64,000 nucleotides of DNA from an uncultured Pseudobdellovibrionaceae bacterium (lineage in GTDB: Bacteria; Bdellovibrionota; Bdellovibrionia; Bdellovibrionales; JAGQZY01): assembly GCA_964400355.1 (NCBI GenBank), contig CAYNTO010000011.1:8992-72991 (forward strand). Direction: 5' to 3'. Both the position numbers and the translations under genes were made by a program. Of this stretch, positions 25,932-35,599 are shown one piece after another. The notes beneath the pieces were generated by a model, which was given only the letters and a program-made list of their open reading frames with translations, had not been told where the DNA came from and made no database searches. The number at the start of each line of letters is the position of its first letter. Within the stretch, counting starts at the first letter, position 1.

Positions 25932-28556
25932 ATGTCGAACAAAGTATTGGGTTTCATTATTGGCAGTGTGGTAACGGCAAGTGTCGCGCTGTTTTCGGGC
26001 TATTATCTCCACCACAAAAAGAACAAGCAGTCTTATCAAAAAGCGAACACACTTCTCGATGTGACAGAGGCGCTGGATTATCGGTTTAACGATCTGAAGT
26101 ACAAAGTCACCACGTCTAGACACTCGGATGCGCCAGTGGTGCTCGTCGCAGTGGATGACGACTCCGTGCAGGAGATTGGGCGTTGGCCGTGGAGTCGCGA
26201 TTTGATCTCGAGCATTCTCGAGCAGGTTGTGGACAATGGTGCGAGCACAGTGGGCCTGGACGTGATTTTCTCAGAGCCCGAAAAAGCGTACCCGGAAAAT
26301 GATCAACGGCTAGCCGATGTGGTCACCAAGCACGGCGCAAAGATTGTGCTTGGAACGTTTAGTAACAATGAACTTCATTTTCAGCCCTATCAGGATTTTT
26401 GCGTTACCGAAGCTTTTTTAAAAACCGGTGGCGATCAAATTGTAAAGCTCGATGCCGCTCTGGTTGTTGAGGACGAAGGGGATGCGTTTGATGATGTGCC
26501 ATGGGATCAATTGTTCCAGCCTTTGTTCGAAACTGTGAGCGCCGATGTGCGCGCGAAGTATCTCAAAGAGCACAACAAAGCCGATGTATCGGAGTTGAGC
26601 ACTTTTCAAAACAATCACTTAAGGGCACTCACGCAAGGGGAATGGTTTAAGTATTGCTCGGTATGGCTCACGCCCGATGATTACCTGCTCAATGAGAATA
26701 AAGACAAGTTGATGGCGATTTATTCGGATATTTTTGTGGAAAAGCTCACTCGGCACGGCGAGAACACACACGCTAAAATCGACGAATTTAAAAAATCGGT
26801 TTTAAACTTTCCATCGCCGCAGTTCGGGGAATGGGTTCCTAACATCGCTGCAGTTCAGAATCCTGCGGTGATGACAGGTAGCTTTGTTGCCCACCTCGAT
26901 GTGGACGGATCGATTCGTCGTTACCCACTTTTCTACCGCTCGGGAAATCGCATCGGTACAAGTTACATTCCGTCTTTGGCGCTCAATATGTACCTATCGG
27001 CTAAAGGGTACCGAGCCGTGGCAGAAGTCAAACACTCCCGCGGCCATCGCGAGATCAAATCTTTTAAAATCTTCGATAGCGCCGATAACGTGATCCAAAG
27101 TTTGCCGGTAGATCCACAGGGCCGGGTGATGATCAAGTACTATGGGCCACAAAACACTTTGCCCTATGTGTCGGCCAAAGAGCTTCTCAACGATGATGAA
27201 ATGCTTACGGTGAATCAACGTGTGCTCAATACCGAGCACAACAAAGTGATAATCGAAAAGAAGCGAGTGTCCAAAAAGGACTATTTCAAAGGCCGCGCTG
27301 TACTTGTTGGAGCAACGTCTATGGGGATCTATGATCTCCGCAATACTCCTGTAGAGAATAACTATCCGGGACCAGAGATTCATCTGACCATGCTCGCTAA
27401 TCTTTTTGACCACAACTATCTAAAAGTTCTTCCCCGCGAAGAAGTGGTGCTCCCTTTTTTGATTTTGGGATTTGGTTTATTGCTGAGTGTGCTACTCGCC
27501 CAGCTAGAGGCGCTCAAGTCCATGATCTCGTTTGGCTTCTTTGTGGTGGCGGGCGGGGCTGCGGACTATGTTATTTTTAGTAAGTTTCAAATGATGTACT
27601 CGAGCTTCCTGGTGTTTTTACTAGTGGGTGTCCTGCACTCGGTAGCCATCGTGTTCAAATACATGTCCGAGGAAAAGAAAAAGCAGGCGCTCAAACGCAC
27701 CTTTTCCAAGTACGTTTCGCCAGCAGTGGTGGATGAGATTCTCAAGGCCGAGGAAAACTTAAAACTGGGTGGGAAAAAGCAGGAGATGACGGTGTTCTTC
27801 TCCGACGTGCGCGGGTTTACAAAGTTCTCTGAGAAGATGGATCCGGAAGTGCTCACGCAGTTTTTAAATGAGTACCTTACTCCTATGACGGAGGTGATCT
27901 TTAACAACAAGGGCACGCTCGACAAGTACATGGGCGATGGCTTGATGGCGTTTTTTGGCGCACCCATTCCGCACCAAGATCACGCCTACAGCGCGTGCAA
28001 GGCGGCGCTTCAGAGCCTTGAGCGTTTGCAGATTCTTAAAGAGGAATTCAAAAAGAAAAATTGGCCCGACATCGACATAGGAATCGGTATCAACACCGGC
28101 ATGATGAGTGTGGGAAATATGGGTTCACAGATTGTTCAGAGTTACACCGTGATTGGCGATGCAGTCAATTTAGGTGCGCGCCTTGAAGGAACAACCAAAC
28201 AGTACGGTGTGCGTATACTCGTGAGCGAGAGCACTTACACTGCGGCGAAGGAGCACTTTCTTTTCCGCGAAGTGGATCGCGTGCGCGTGGTCGGTAAGAA
28301 AGACCCAGTGGGGGCATTTGAACTATTGTGCGAAATCAAAGATTCCGGACGCGCCACTTATGTCGAGCGTTACCATGAGGCGTATCACACGTATATCCAG
28401 CGCGATTTTGTAAACGCGAAAGCACAGTTTGAAGTTTTAGAGAAAGAACAGCCTCTGGATCTGCTTGTGCGTATTTACAAGAACCGTTGCCAAGATTTTA
28501 TAAATGAGCCACCAGCAAGTGACTGGGATGGCGTGTTCGAAATGAAGGCGAAATAA
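25932..28556 (+). CDS. CHASE2 sensor domain-containing class III adenylate cyclase
   Basis: ATG 25932 within ORF 25815. Architecture: N-terminal TM, a large periplasmic region ('VDDDSVQEIGRWPWSRD' is CHASE2-like), 3 TMs, then a cyclase core ('VFFSDVRGFTKFSE', 'KYMGDGLMAFFGAP', 'TVIGDAVNLGARLE'). The Lys/Thr specificity pair suggests ATP as substrate. Confidence 0.85.
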   Translation: MSNKVLGFIIGSVVTASVALFSGYYLHHKKNKQSYQKANTLLDVTEALDYRFNDLKYKVTTSRHSDAPVVLVAVDDDSVQEIGRWPWSRDLISSILEQVVDNGASTVGLDVIFSEPEKAYPENDQRLADVVTKHGAKIVLGTFSNNELHFQPYQDFCVTEAFLKTGGDQIVKLDAALVVEDEGDAFDDVPWDQLFQPLFETVSADVRAKYLKEHNKADVSELSTFQNNHLRALTQGEWFKYCSVWLTPDDYLLNENKDKLMAIYSDIFVEKLTRHGENTHAKIDEFKKSVLNFPSPQFGEWVPNIAAVQNPAVMTGSFVAHLDVDGSIRRYPLFYRSGNRIGTSYIPSLALNMYLSAKGYRAVAEVKHSRGHREIKSFKIFDSADNVIQSLPVDPQGRVMIKYYGPQNTLPYVSAKELLNDDEMLTVNQRVLNTEHNKVIIEKKRVSKKDYFKGRAVLVGATSMGIYDLRNTPVENNYPGPEIHLTMLANLFDHNYLKVLPREEVVLPFLILGFGLLLSVLLAQLEALKSMISFGFFVVAGGAADYVIFSKFQMMYSSFLVFLLVGVLHSVAIVFKYMSEEKKKQALKRTFSKYVSPAVVDEILKAEENLKLGGKKQEMTVFFSDVRGFTKFSEKMDPEVLTQFLNEYLTPMTEVIFNNKGTLDKYMGDGLMAFFGAPIPHQDHAYSACKAALQSLERLQILKEEFKKKNWPDIDIGIGINTGMMSVGNMGSQIVQSYTVIGDAVNLGARLEGTTKQYGVRILVSESTYTAAKEHFLFREVDRVRVVGKKDPVGAFELLCEIKDSGRATYVERYHEAYHTYIQRDFVNAKAQFEVLEKEQPLDLLVRIYKNRCQDFINEPPASDWDGVFEMKAK

Positions 28557-28658
28557 TATGACATTACCGACTCGTTTCCAGACAAAAGCCGACTCAGAAC
28601 GACACAGTCGTCATGTTTCCACGTTTAAAGGCGATAAGAACCTAGGAGCAAATCACCC

Positions 28659-30494
28659 ATGTCTATAGTATTTAGAATCGTAATCATCTCCTGTCTTTTA
28701 ACTGCGGCCTGTACGCGCGCGAAGAGTGATAAAGCGGTGGTTGTGTTTGAGGTGCCGGCCGTGGCAGAGGTCCAAAAACCTGCACTATCTCTGCTTGCCG
28801 TAAACGAGATGGACCTGCGTTGGGACGACGGTTCTGTTTTGTACGACGATTGGTTCGAACAAACGCCAACGGGCTTTGACGGCGTCGGGAGCTATCCTAT
28901 CAACTGCTACGCCGTTATGGTTGGCGGTGCGGAGGCGGAGTTTAATAAAAATTATTGCGGGGCGAGTGACGAGAATGATGAGATCACCACAAAGCTTTTC
29001 TCGTTTGGTCCGTGGGCTGGAGCAGTATTGGCGACGGGCACCAGCACTCAGCTCGAACTGGAGCTTCTAGCCGGCACTAGCCGCACATTTTATTTGATTG
29101 GCTTTCACGCTCAAGATCCCACCGTTTGCGTGGATTTCCGCAAGCAAAATTTCGACAAGATCGAAATGACCAAGCCGATGATCATCGGCGAAGTCACCGG
29201 TGTAAAACTCGAGGCGGGTGCCACGCAGACTATTCGCATTCCGCGCCAGATCAATTACAATCGTACTTTCGATGACTGTAAGTTTAATGATGACTCCGAG
29301 GAAGGCTCCGATACTGTGTATTCCCCAAAATATATCGTTATGGAGCGCGCTCATTTTATTGAGCCTGGCGATGACTATATCACCGGTGATTTGGACCCGG
29401 GCAATCCCAACGAAAATGATTGCACGCCGTTTACCTTTCGTGCTCTGGATAAGCATGGGCGCGATGTGCCGGTGTTAGCGCCAACAACAGTTTCTGTAAA
29501 GTCCTGTGTCGGGACGTCTATGCCCAAATGTTACACTGGTAACGAGGCACAGCTCGCCGTAGCTGAAACGTACAATTCTTACGAGAATTGCATCGAAGAA
29601 AACGCCAGCGGAAAAGCCGCGCACTTTGTTATGCCTATAAATACCGAGCGCGCGACGCGATGGGTGCGTTCACCGGTAAAGCCGAGCGGAAACATGAACC
29701 ACCATGCGTTCTTTCGCGCTGAGAGCGTCGGTCTTCAATCGATTGCTCCCAAAGAGTACAAGGTGCGCATGAAAGGTTCCGAATCTATCTATAGGATTGA
29801 AGGTTCGAATAAGATATTCGAAGATAACTGCAATACCTATAAAATTGAGTCTTCGATGTATGGCTCTATAGCGGCAGATGATATTGATTTCTGGGAAGAC
29901 CCGGTCGTCGAAAAATGGAATGCCGCCAATAATACGTGGTCGATTCAGGCAGCAGCATTGTTTGAGGCATCGACCTGTACTGGTGGCCCGCCGGTAATGC
30001 CTAGTGTAACTTTCACAGAGTATAAAGTGGTCTATCTGAAAGTTCCTGAAGGCAAGTACCGTTTGCGTCAGCCCACTCAAGTAGGTACCGGAGATGATGG
30101 CGTTAAATATTTCAAATCTTTCGGGCGAAATTCTGTGCCAAAAAATTTAGCGCACGTCGGGCCAGCCATCACCGTTGAGCCAGGCAGTGCTGCGTGTAGC
30201 GGACCACACAAGATCAAGTTGGTGAACGCGCGTGGGGTTCCCGTAGTTAGCCTTCGCAATCGACAAATAAACTTGGGATTTAATGGCACGGCGGTTTCGT
30301 TTCATGCCACCGAAGGCACATGTGACTCTGGCACCGATCCGCTCAATAGTGTCACTCTGTTGCAAGGTGAACGCAATGTGCATTTTTACATTCGCTCGAC
30401 TACCGCCGGTGCGACGCATGTGCATGCACAAGATCAAAGCAATAACAATTTATCGTTACAATTTATGCATGAATTTGTTCATGGCGACTTCTAA
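28659..30494 (+). CDS. large hypothetical lipoprotein (611 aa)
   Basis: Lipobox 'LLTAACT' and an AGGAG RBS. It is Cys-containing and beta-rich, with no family recognised. Confidence 0.6.
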   Translation: MSIVFRIVIISCLLTAACTRAKSDKAVVVFEVPAVAEVQKPALSLLAVNEMDLRWDDGSVLYDDWFEQTPTGFDGVGSYPINCYAVMVGGAEAEFNKNYCGASDENDEITTKLFSFGPWAGAVLATGTSTQLELELLAGTSRTFYLIGFHAQDPTVCVDFRKQNFDKIEMTKPMIIGEVTGVKLEAGATQTIRIPRQINYNRTFDDCKFNDDSEEGSDTVYSPKYIVMERAHFIEPGDDYITGDLDPGNPNENDCTPFTFRALDKHGRDVPVLAPTTVSVKSCVGTSMPKCYTGNEAQLAVAETYNSYENCIEENASGKAAHFVMPINTERATRWVRSPVKPSGNMNHHAFFRAESVGLQSIAPKEYKVRMKGSESIYRIEGSNKIFEDNCNTYKIESSMYGSIAADDIDFWEDPVVEKWNAANNTWSIQAAALFEASTCTGGPPVMPSVTFTEYKVVYLKVPEGKYRLRQPTQVGTGDDGVKYFKSFGRNSVPKNLAHVGPAITVEPGSAACSGPHKIKLVNARGVPVVSLRNRQINLGFNGTAVSFHATEGTCDSGTDPLNSVTLLQGERNVHFYIRSTTAGATHVHAQDQSNNNLSLQFMHEFVHGDF

Positions 30495-30495
30495 C

Positions 30496-30519
30496 CTCAG
30501 AGCGAGCATCCGCTCTGAG
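30496..30519. terminator. bidirectional hairpin between convergent genes
   Basis: Perfect 9-bp stem ctcagagcg (30496-30504) / cgctctgag (30511-30519) with a 6-nt loop. It sits exactly between the stops at 30494 and 30528. No long T-run. Confidence 0.6.
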
Positions 30520-30527
30520 CAAGTCGT

Positions 30528-32138
30528 TTAAAAGAATCCGCTGGAATAGGAGATCATGGTCATCACCGTGATCTTGTCGAAATCGTAGAGATCGACAGAC
30601 GATGAATTGCGATAGTATTGGGCGTAGACGTTTAAATTCAAGTTGTTCTTTAGGCTGTATATTCCACCCAACGTAAATATCATTCCCGTGTCGTCGCGGT
30701 TGGTAGTGGATTTGCTGAAATCCTGTTTGATGTAATCAAATTTTACATAGGAGATGAGCTTAGCGCTCAAGGGATGCGTGGTACCCAGCGACAGCATCAA
30801 GCGGTCATAAAGACTATTAATGCCTTCCGCATCGTTGATAATGTAGTTCACGTCCACATTGAGTGTGCGTGTTCCAGTAGCGTTGAAGTGGCGACTGTTG
30901 GTGAGGGTAAGTCCATACTTTTGCGATGTTTGATCGTTTTCAGGTGTCGTCGTAAAGTGGAAAGTATCGTCGGCATAATCGAAGCGATAGGAATTGACCC
31001 ACTTCTCCCAAAAGCTTGTTGTGAGGTCGACACCCAAGGCGGCGGTGCTATAGACCTTGTCACGGCTCTGCTCATCGAGACTCATAAAAATATTGGAATA
31101 GGCGGGAACGATAGTGAGCATGCTAGGAGTATTGCGCATCAAAAAGCGGTACGAATAAGGGATGGCTATTTCGGCCTGTAGCGGGTCGGTACTTTGAATG
31201 GTGGCATTGCTATCAAATGAGGTGTCTACGCTGTACAGATCGGACGCAGTGAGGCGTGGAGTGAGGGAGTGTTGGATTTTGTGAATGGCCTTATACTCGA
31301 TCACCCCACCATAAAGAATACGGTATGCTTCAAGATCCAGGGCGGAATTGTTGTCGGTGATGTTGAGCACATTGCTATCGTACATCAGTCCCGCGAACAC
31401 CGAATAGGCAAAGCGTTTTTTACTCTCTTCCTCAAACCGTTGGAGCGCGAGTATGGATTCCAGCTGCTGCTCTGCCTTTTGATCCATAACTTTATCTTTG
31501 GTTGTATCGAGCACATACTGAAATGACTCACGGGCTTCGCTATATTGGGCATTCTGTTTGAGGAGAATTCCGCGATACATGGCCGCCGATGGTGATAGTT
31601 CTGGATCGTTTGCGGCCATCACTGAGCCGAATGTCTTGATGGCTGGATTGAGTTCGTTGAGTTTCATGTTGTTGAGAGCTTCGTAATAGGAAATTTCGGT
31701 GGCATCAATGCTTGTTCCGCGCACCATCTCGAGAAGAATCAATGAGCGTTGATGCTCGCCATTGCGGTAAAGACTAATTGCAAGTTCATAATAATACAAA
31801 TCGACGTAAGGGTTTAAGGAGATAGCTTTGGCATAGTACCGCTGTGCGAGGCGCACGTCTCCCGATTGAAAAAGCGAGCGCCCTTTTTTGTGGTACTGGG
31901 TTGCTTTGACTTTGTTTTTTTCTTGCAGTTCGGGAGTGAGAGCGTTGAATTTGTTCTGGTACGATTCGCGTTTCCCCAGTTCGCGCTCGAGTTCCGCCGT
32001 AAAGTTCAGTTTTCCTGAGCTTTGTGGTTCGATTTGAATGGCTCCCCGCATGGAGCGGGTAGCGGCGACAGGTTGGGATTGTGCAATAGCGGATTGAGCG
32101 AGAATCAAACAACCAACTACAAGTCCAAAATTCTTCAT
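30528..32138 (-). CDS. outer-membrane protein: N-terminal TPR repeats + C-terminal beta-barrel
   Basis: Signal peptide 'LILAQSAIAQ'. TPR-like repeats ('AQRYYAKAISLNPYVDLYYYELAISLYRNGEHQRS...'). The C-terminal ~300 aa has alternating beta patterns and ends '...ISYSSGFF' (terminal Phe). Confidence 0.65.
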   Translation of the reverse strand: MKNFGLVVGCLILAQSAIAQSQPVAATRSMRGAIQIEPQSSGKLNFTAELERELGKRESYQNKFNALTPELQEKNKVKATQYHKKGRSLFQSGDVRLAQRYYAKAISLNPYVDLYYYELAISLYRNGEHQRSLILLEMVRGTSIDATEISYYEALNNMKLNELNPAIKTFGSVMAANDPELSPSAAMYRGILLKQNAQYSEARESFQYVLDTTKDKVMDQKAEQQLESILALQRFEEESKKRFAYSVFAGLMYDSNVLNITDNNSALDLEAYRILYGGVIEYKAIHKIQHSLTPRLTASDLYSVDTSFDSNATIQSTDPLQAEIAIPYSYRFLMRNTPSMLTIVPAYSNIFMSLDEQSRDKVYSTAALGVDLTTSFWEKWVNSYRFDYADDTFHFTTTPENDQTSQKYGLTLTNSRHFNATGTRTLNVDVNYIINDAEGINSLYDRLMLSLGTTHPLSAKLISYVKFDYIKQDFSKSTTNRDDTGMIFTLGGIYSLKNNLNLNVYAQYYRNSSSVDLYDFDKITVMTMISYSSGFF

Positions 32139-32155
32139 CTTTCGAGCGTCCTTGT

Positions 32156-33118
32156 TTATCGATTGCTACCAGCGTTGGGAGTGGTCGTTTCTGGTTTGAT
32201 GATCACTCGTGTTTTATCGGTCTTGTCGCGAATAGCATCGTTGGTGCGCGTGTTTGGACCTTTGGGAATAAAGGCGCCTGGATTAGCAACGGGCATTGGT
32301 GCTGGTGCGCCAGTTGTAGGCACTTGTTTTTCGATATTTTCGGGCTTCATATCCGTGTTGTCGCCAATACGAGTTGTACCCTTTGTGCCCTCATTGGCAG
32401 GAGTGGAAGAGCTTTCCGACTTCTGACCGTTCGACGACGATGCGCTACCAGAGCCACTTCCAGTAGTTCCACTCGCTGCGGATCCATCACCCACACGCGA
32501 TTCGCTGTCGAGAGTTTTCACTTCCTCTGGCGGCATTAGCTTTGGTGCCTCAACGGCGCGATCGGGAGCGGCCGTCGTCTTTTGGTTTTTGTTGACTAGA
32601 GTGATAGCGCCCGTTGCCACATTGTTTTTGAGCGCTTGGAACGCTACCGTGCCTTCCATGGTTTTTACTTCAGTTGTATTGGTTTTTATATTGTGATCCA
32701 CGATAAAATCTGTTCCGCGCACGCCGGCCACTGCGGTGGGTGTCTTTACCTCGTACTTGTTGGATTCGCCGTAGGCGCCTTTAACTTCGTTGCGCACCTT
32801 TCCTTTGCTGAGAGAAAGTTCTACGTTTTTTGCGCCATCCTTATCCGAATACTTCGCAATCTTTACTTTAGAGTCCGGAGAAATGTGCACAACGCTGCGA
32901 TCGGACATAACAATTTTCGCACGGCCGTCGGGTCCAGTCTCTACAGAGCTATCCTGAAAGACTTTTTCGCGTACTTTTGCGGCAGATTTTTTCCCATTGG
33001 TTTCAATTTTAACGTCGCCTTTTACGGCCATAAAAATTCCAAATGAGTCTGCAGCGAAACTAGAGGTGGTTGCACTGCAGATGATTCCGACGAGCAAAAA
33101 GGCACGAATGGATAGCAT
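32156..33118 (-). CDS. FecR-domain protein with Ser/Gly/Thr-rich C-terminal tail, secreted
   Basis: 'GDVKIETNGKK...V.TGPDGRAKIVMSDRSVVHISPDSKVKI....TPTAVAGVRGTDFIV' is a FecR (PF04773)-type domain. It lies 17 nt upstream of the TPR-barrel gene. Confidence 0.7.
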   Translation of the reverse strand: MLSIRAFLLVGIICSATTSSFAADSFGIFMAVKGDVKIETNGKKSAAKVREKVFQDSSVETGPDGRAKIVMSDRSVVHISPDSKVKIAKYSDKDGAKNVELSLSKGKVRNEVKGAYGESNKYEVKTPTAVAGVRGTDFIVDHNIKTNTTEVKTMEGTVAFQALKNNVATGAITLVNKNQKTTAAPDRAVEAPKLMPPEEVKTLDSESRVGDGSAASGTTGSGSGSASSSNGQKSESSSTPANEGTKGTTRIGDNTDMKPENIEKQVPTTGAPAPMPVANPGAFIPKGPNTRTNDAIRDKTDKTRVIIKPETTTPNAGSNR

Positions 33119-33293
33119 AGTATTTCCTTTGTTTGTTATCTTTAAAAATTAGCATAATGTGAGTGTATGTATATGTCTTTCTCGGACCTGGACGAATGTC
33201 CACGTTAGTGCCAGACCTCACCTAGTCTCACTGAACCTAAAAGTAGATTACATGGCATCTTTAGATATAATGATCTTGAAAATAGGAGGGTGG

Positions 33294-34892
33294 ATGAGAA
33301 CACAATCAATAGGTCGCTGTGGACACACGTACAGTCGCAAGAATCCGATTCACGTAGTGGGCATAGTCATTTTGCTGGTCTTTTCCGTTACGAGCTGTTC
33401 TCACAGTCAGCCCCGAGCCACCCGGCAACCCACCCAGACCACCGACAAAGAGCGCACCGCCTCTTTGACCGAGTTTCGCAACTGCGAAAGTGCCAAAGCG
33501 CGCTTTCCCAGTATGCTCGACGACGACACAGTGGAGTGCACTGAGGATTATCTTCTCTATGAGTCCAACGTAAAAACAAAATTAAAACTTTCGAATTTGC
33601 GTATTGGAAGTTTTAACGTCATTCGTATAGGCCAATCGCAAGTACGCTTTAAAAGAAACGATCTAGTCGCAGACATCATCAACCAGTGGGATCTGGTAAA
33701 CGTTGTGGAAATTATGACCTCAGGTAAAGATCTCCTGGCTCATAACGAAAAAATCGATCGTTTGGCAGAGTCCACCGGGACCAAAGATCGCGGCGATATT
33801 GAAGCCTCCTATCAAATGCCAAAATACTTAGTCATACTTCAGGAATTGCGCAAACTGGATCCTTCATGGTCCCTCATTATGGCTCCCTCGGGAACAGGCG
33901 AGACGACAGCCTCCTATGAGTATTCTGGGTTTTTCTACCGCTATGGCTTTGTTGAAAACGCGGAGACGTCTTTTTGCGGCGACAAGCGAGGTTGCCTCAC
34001 GCCTATATCCAGAGAGAATTATGAAAATTTGGTTTCGCGCAGCCCCTTTGTTGCCCACTTTAAAGTCGGCAAACTCAAATTCAACGCTGCGGGCCTCCAT
34101 CTGCGCTTTCGTGCACCGGCAGAAGACTGTGCTACAGCTAGCGGGGATTCGAAGAAAGGTCAAAAAAAATGTGTGGACTACAGTGCCGCTGAGCAAAAGC
34201 TCGTAAAAGACTATCTCGAGGTGGCAGGTCGAATCAAAGTCAATAAGGAAGACGCCCGCTACATGGAGCTTGCCGTTGCTGAGCGGGAACTCAGAAAGTC
34301 GGAAGAACCAATTCTGTTGATGGGAGATTTCAATTTGGAGTTCAATGACAGAACCCGAAAGCTGTGGAACTTTGCCGTCGGTCACGACAACGTTTTTGTT
34401 CGAGAGAAGACAAGCATCAGTGCTCAGAACGGCCTTGCCAATGAATACGATCACTTCGTTTTTGTGCCTGAGAAAACACTTGCCAAGTGCAAAACAGAAA
34501 CGGCCAAGGCGTTTAATTTTATGTTAGATCTGGTAACTCCAAAGACCAGTGATCCTGATCTCAAAGACCTCGAGTCATTCTTGGTGTTGCGCAAGAATCG
34601 CACAAAGGCACTGGAGGAGTATCAAATAAGTTTGCGTGAACAGCTATCGGCAACAACCTGTTCAAAAACAGACTGCGAAATGGCGCCGCTATATGATCCT
34701 GTTGCCGCCGCAAATTTGGTGTGTCTCTATGAGCGCAATGTACTTGGCAATGAGTCTAAAAAATGCGTAGCTGAAGGGGAAGCAGAAGACGAAGAAGACG
34801 CGCCTACCCCAGGTAAAAAACCCGTTTATAAAGTTTTCCACGAAATCATTAGTGATCACATTCCCATCGAAATGGAATGCGCTATCAATTAG
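33294..34892 (+). CDS. endonuclease/exonuclease/phosphatase (EEP, DNase I-like) family lipoprotein
   Basis: ATG 33294 follows an AGGAGGG RBS. Lipobox 'SVTSCSH'. EEP motifs are 'LRIGSFNV', 'LMGDFNLEF' and C-terminal 'ISDHIPIEM'. It is longer than the minimal EEP fold. Confidence 0.7.
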   Translation: MRTQSIGRCGHTYSRKNPIHVVGIVILLVFSVTSCSHSQPRATRQPTQTTDKERTASLTEFRNCESAKARFPSMLDDDTVECTEDYLLYESNVKTKLKLSNLRIGSFNVIRIGQSQVRFKRNDLVADIINQWDLVNVVEIMTSGKDLLAHNEKIDRLAESTGTKDRGDIEASYQMPKYLVILQELRKLDPSWSLIMAPSGTGETTASYEYSGFFYRYGFVENAETSFCGDKRGCLTPISRENYENLVSRSPFVAHFKVGKLKFNAAGLHLRFRAPAEDCATASGDSKKGQKKCVDYSAAEQKLVKDYLEVAGRIKVNKEDARYMELAVAERELRKSEEPILLMGDFNLEFNDRTRKLWNFAVGHDNVFVREKTSISAQNGLANEYDHFVFVPEKTLAKCKTETAKAFNFMLDLVTPKTSDPDLKDLESFLVLRKNRTKALEEYQISLREQLSATTCSKTDCEMAPLYDPVAAANLVCLYERNVLGNESKKCVAEGEAEDEEDAPTPGKKPVYKVFHEIISDHIPIEMECAIN

Positions 34893-35599
34893 TGATCTAA
34901 AAATGAATTCAGCGCGCGTTTGCTCTCACTGGAGAGTTCCGTGAAGTGCAGTCCCATGCCTCGCGGATAGGTGCCTTTGGCCTCATCTAAGCGCACGATA
35001 ATTGCCTCACAGCGCACTTTGCGGAGTGTATCGAGCGTGATGCTCACGTTCACGCGCTCGCCCATTTTGGGCAGTTGCGCCCAGGCAATATCGTCGAGCT
35101 GAATAAACAGCCCACTTTTCGAAACATCATAACTTTTTGAATTGAAAGATGAACTCACAAAAGGATTTACAGTGACATGAGCCACATGCTGCAAACGAGG
35201 CGCGCGCTGCCACCAGTGATGGCGCTTGTCCGAAAGTAACTTTTGGCTGGTGCGCGTGTAAAGAGGCACAAACACAACTGGGAAACAGAGCGAGCCCATC
35301 ATGGTTTCCACGACGGAAAAGTTATTGCCGTAGGCGGCCACAAGATAATTGTTCCAAAAGACCATAAACATGGAGGCCGGCATAAGTATTTTTGCCATGC
35401 GATGGCCTCGGTAAATGGCTAAAGCGGTTGTTGTGATCAATAAGATCGTGACCCAGTTAGGAAACGTGATGTGTTGATGAATGCGGTAAAAGTCTGTAAA
35501 GGGGAGATCCAGCAAAACGGCAACTTGGAAATAAAACGAAATGGCGATTCCTAACAGGATGAGTGGAATAAAATTAAACGCCAGTGGCTTTTTAATCAT
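34889..35599 (-). CDS. membrane protein (4 TM) with C-terminal PilZ domain
   Basis: 'DVSKSGLFIQLD' (D.S..G) and C-terminal 'GMGLHFTELSSESKRALNSFL' are PilZ-like. The N-terminal arginine motif is imperfect ('QRAPR'). Its start overlaps the upstream stop (ATGA). Confidence 0.65.
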   Translation of the reverse strand: MIKKPLAFNFIPLILLGIAISFYFQVAVLLDLPFTDFYRIHQHITFPNWVTILLITTTALAIYRGHRMAKILMPASMFMVFWNNYLVAAYGNNFSVVETMMGSLCFPVVFVPLYTRTSQKLLSDKRHHWWQRAPRLQHVAHVTVNPFVSSSFNSKSYDVSKSGLFIQLDDIAWAQLPKMGERVNVSITLDTLRKVRCEAIIVRLDEAKGTYPRGMGLHFTELSSESKRALNSFLDH

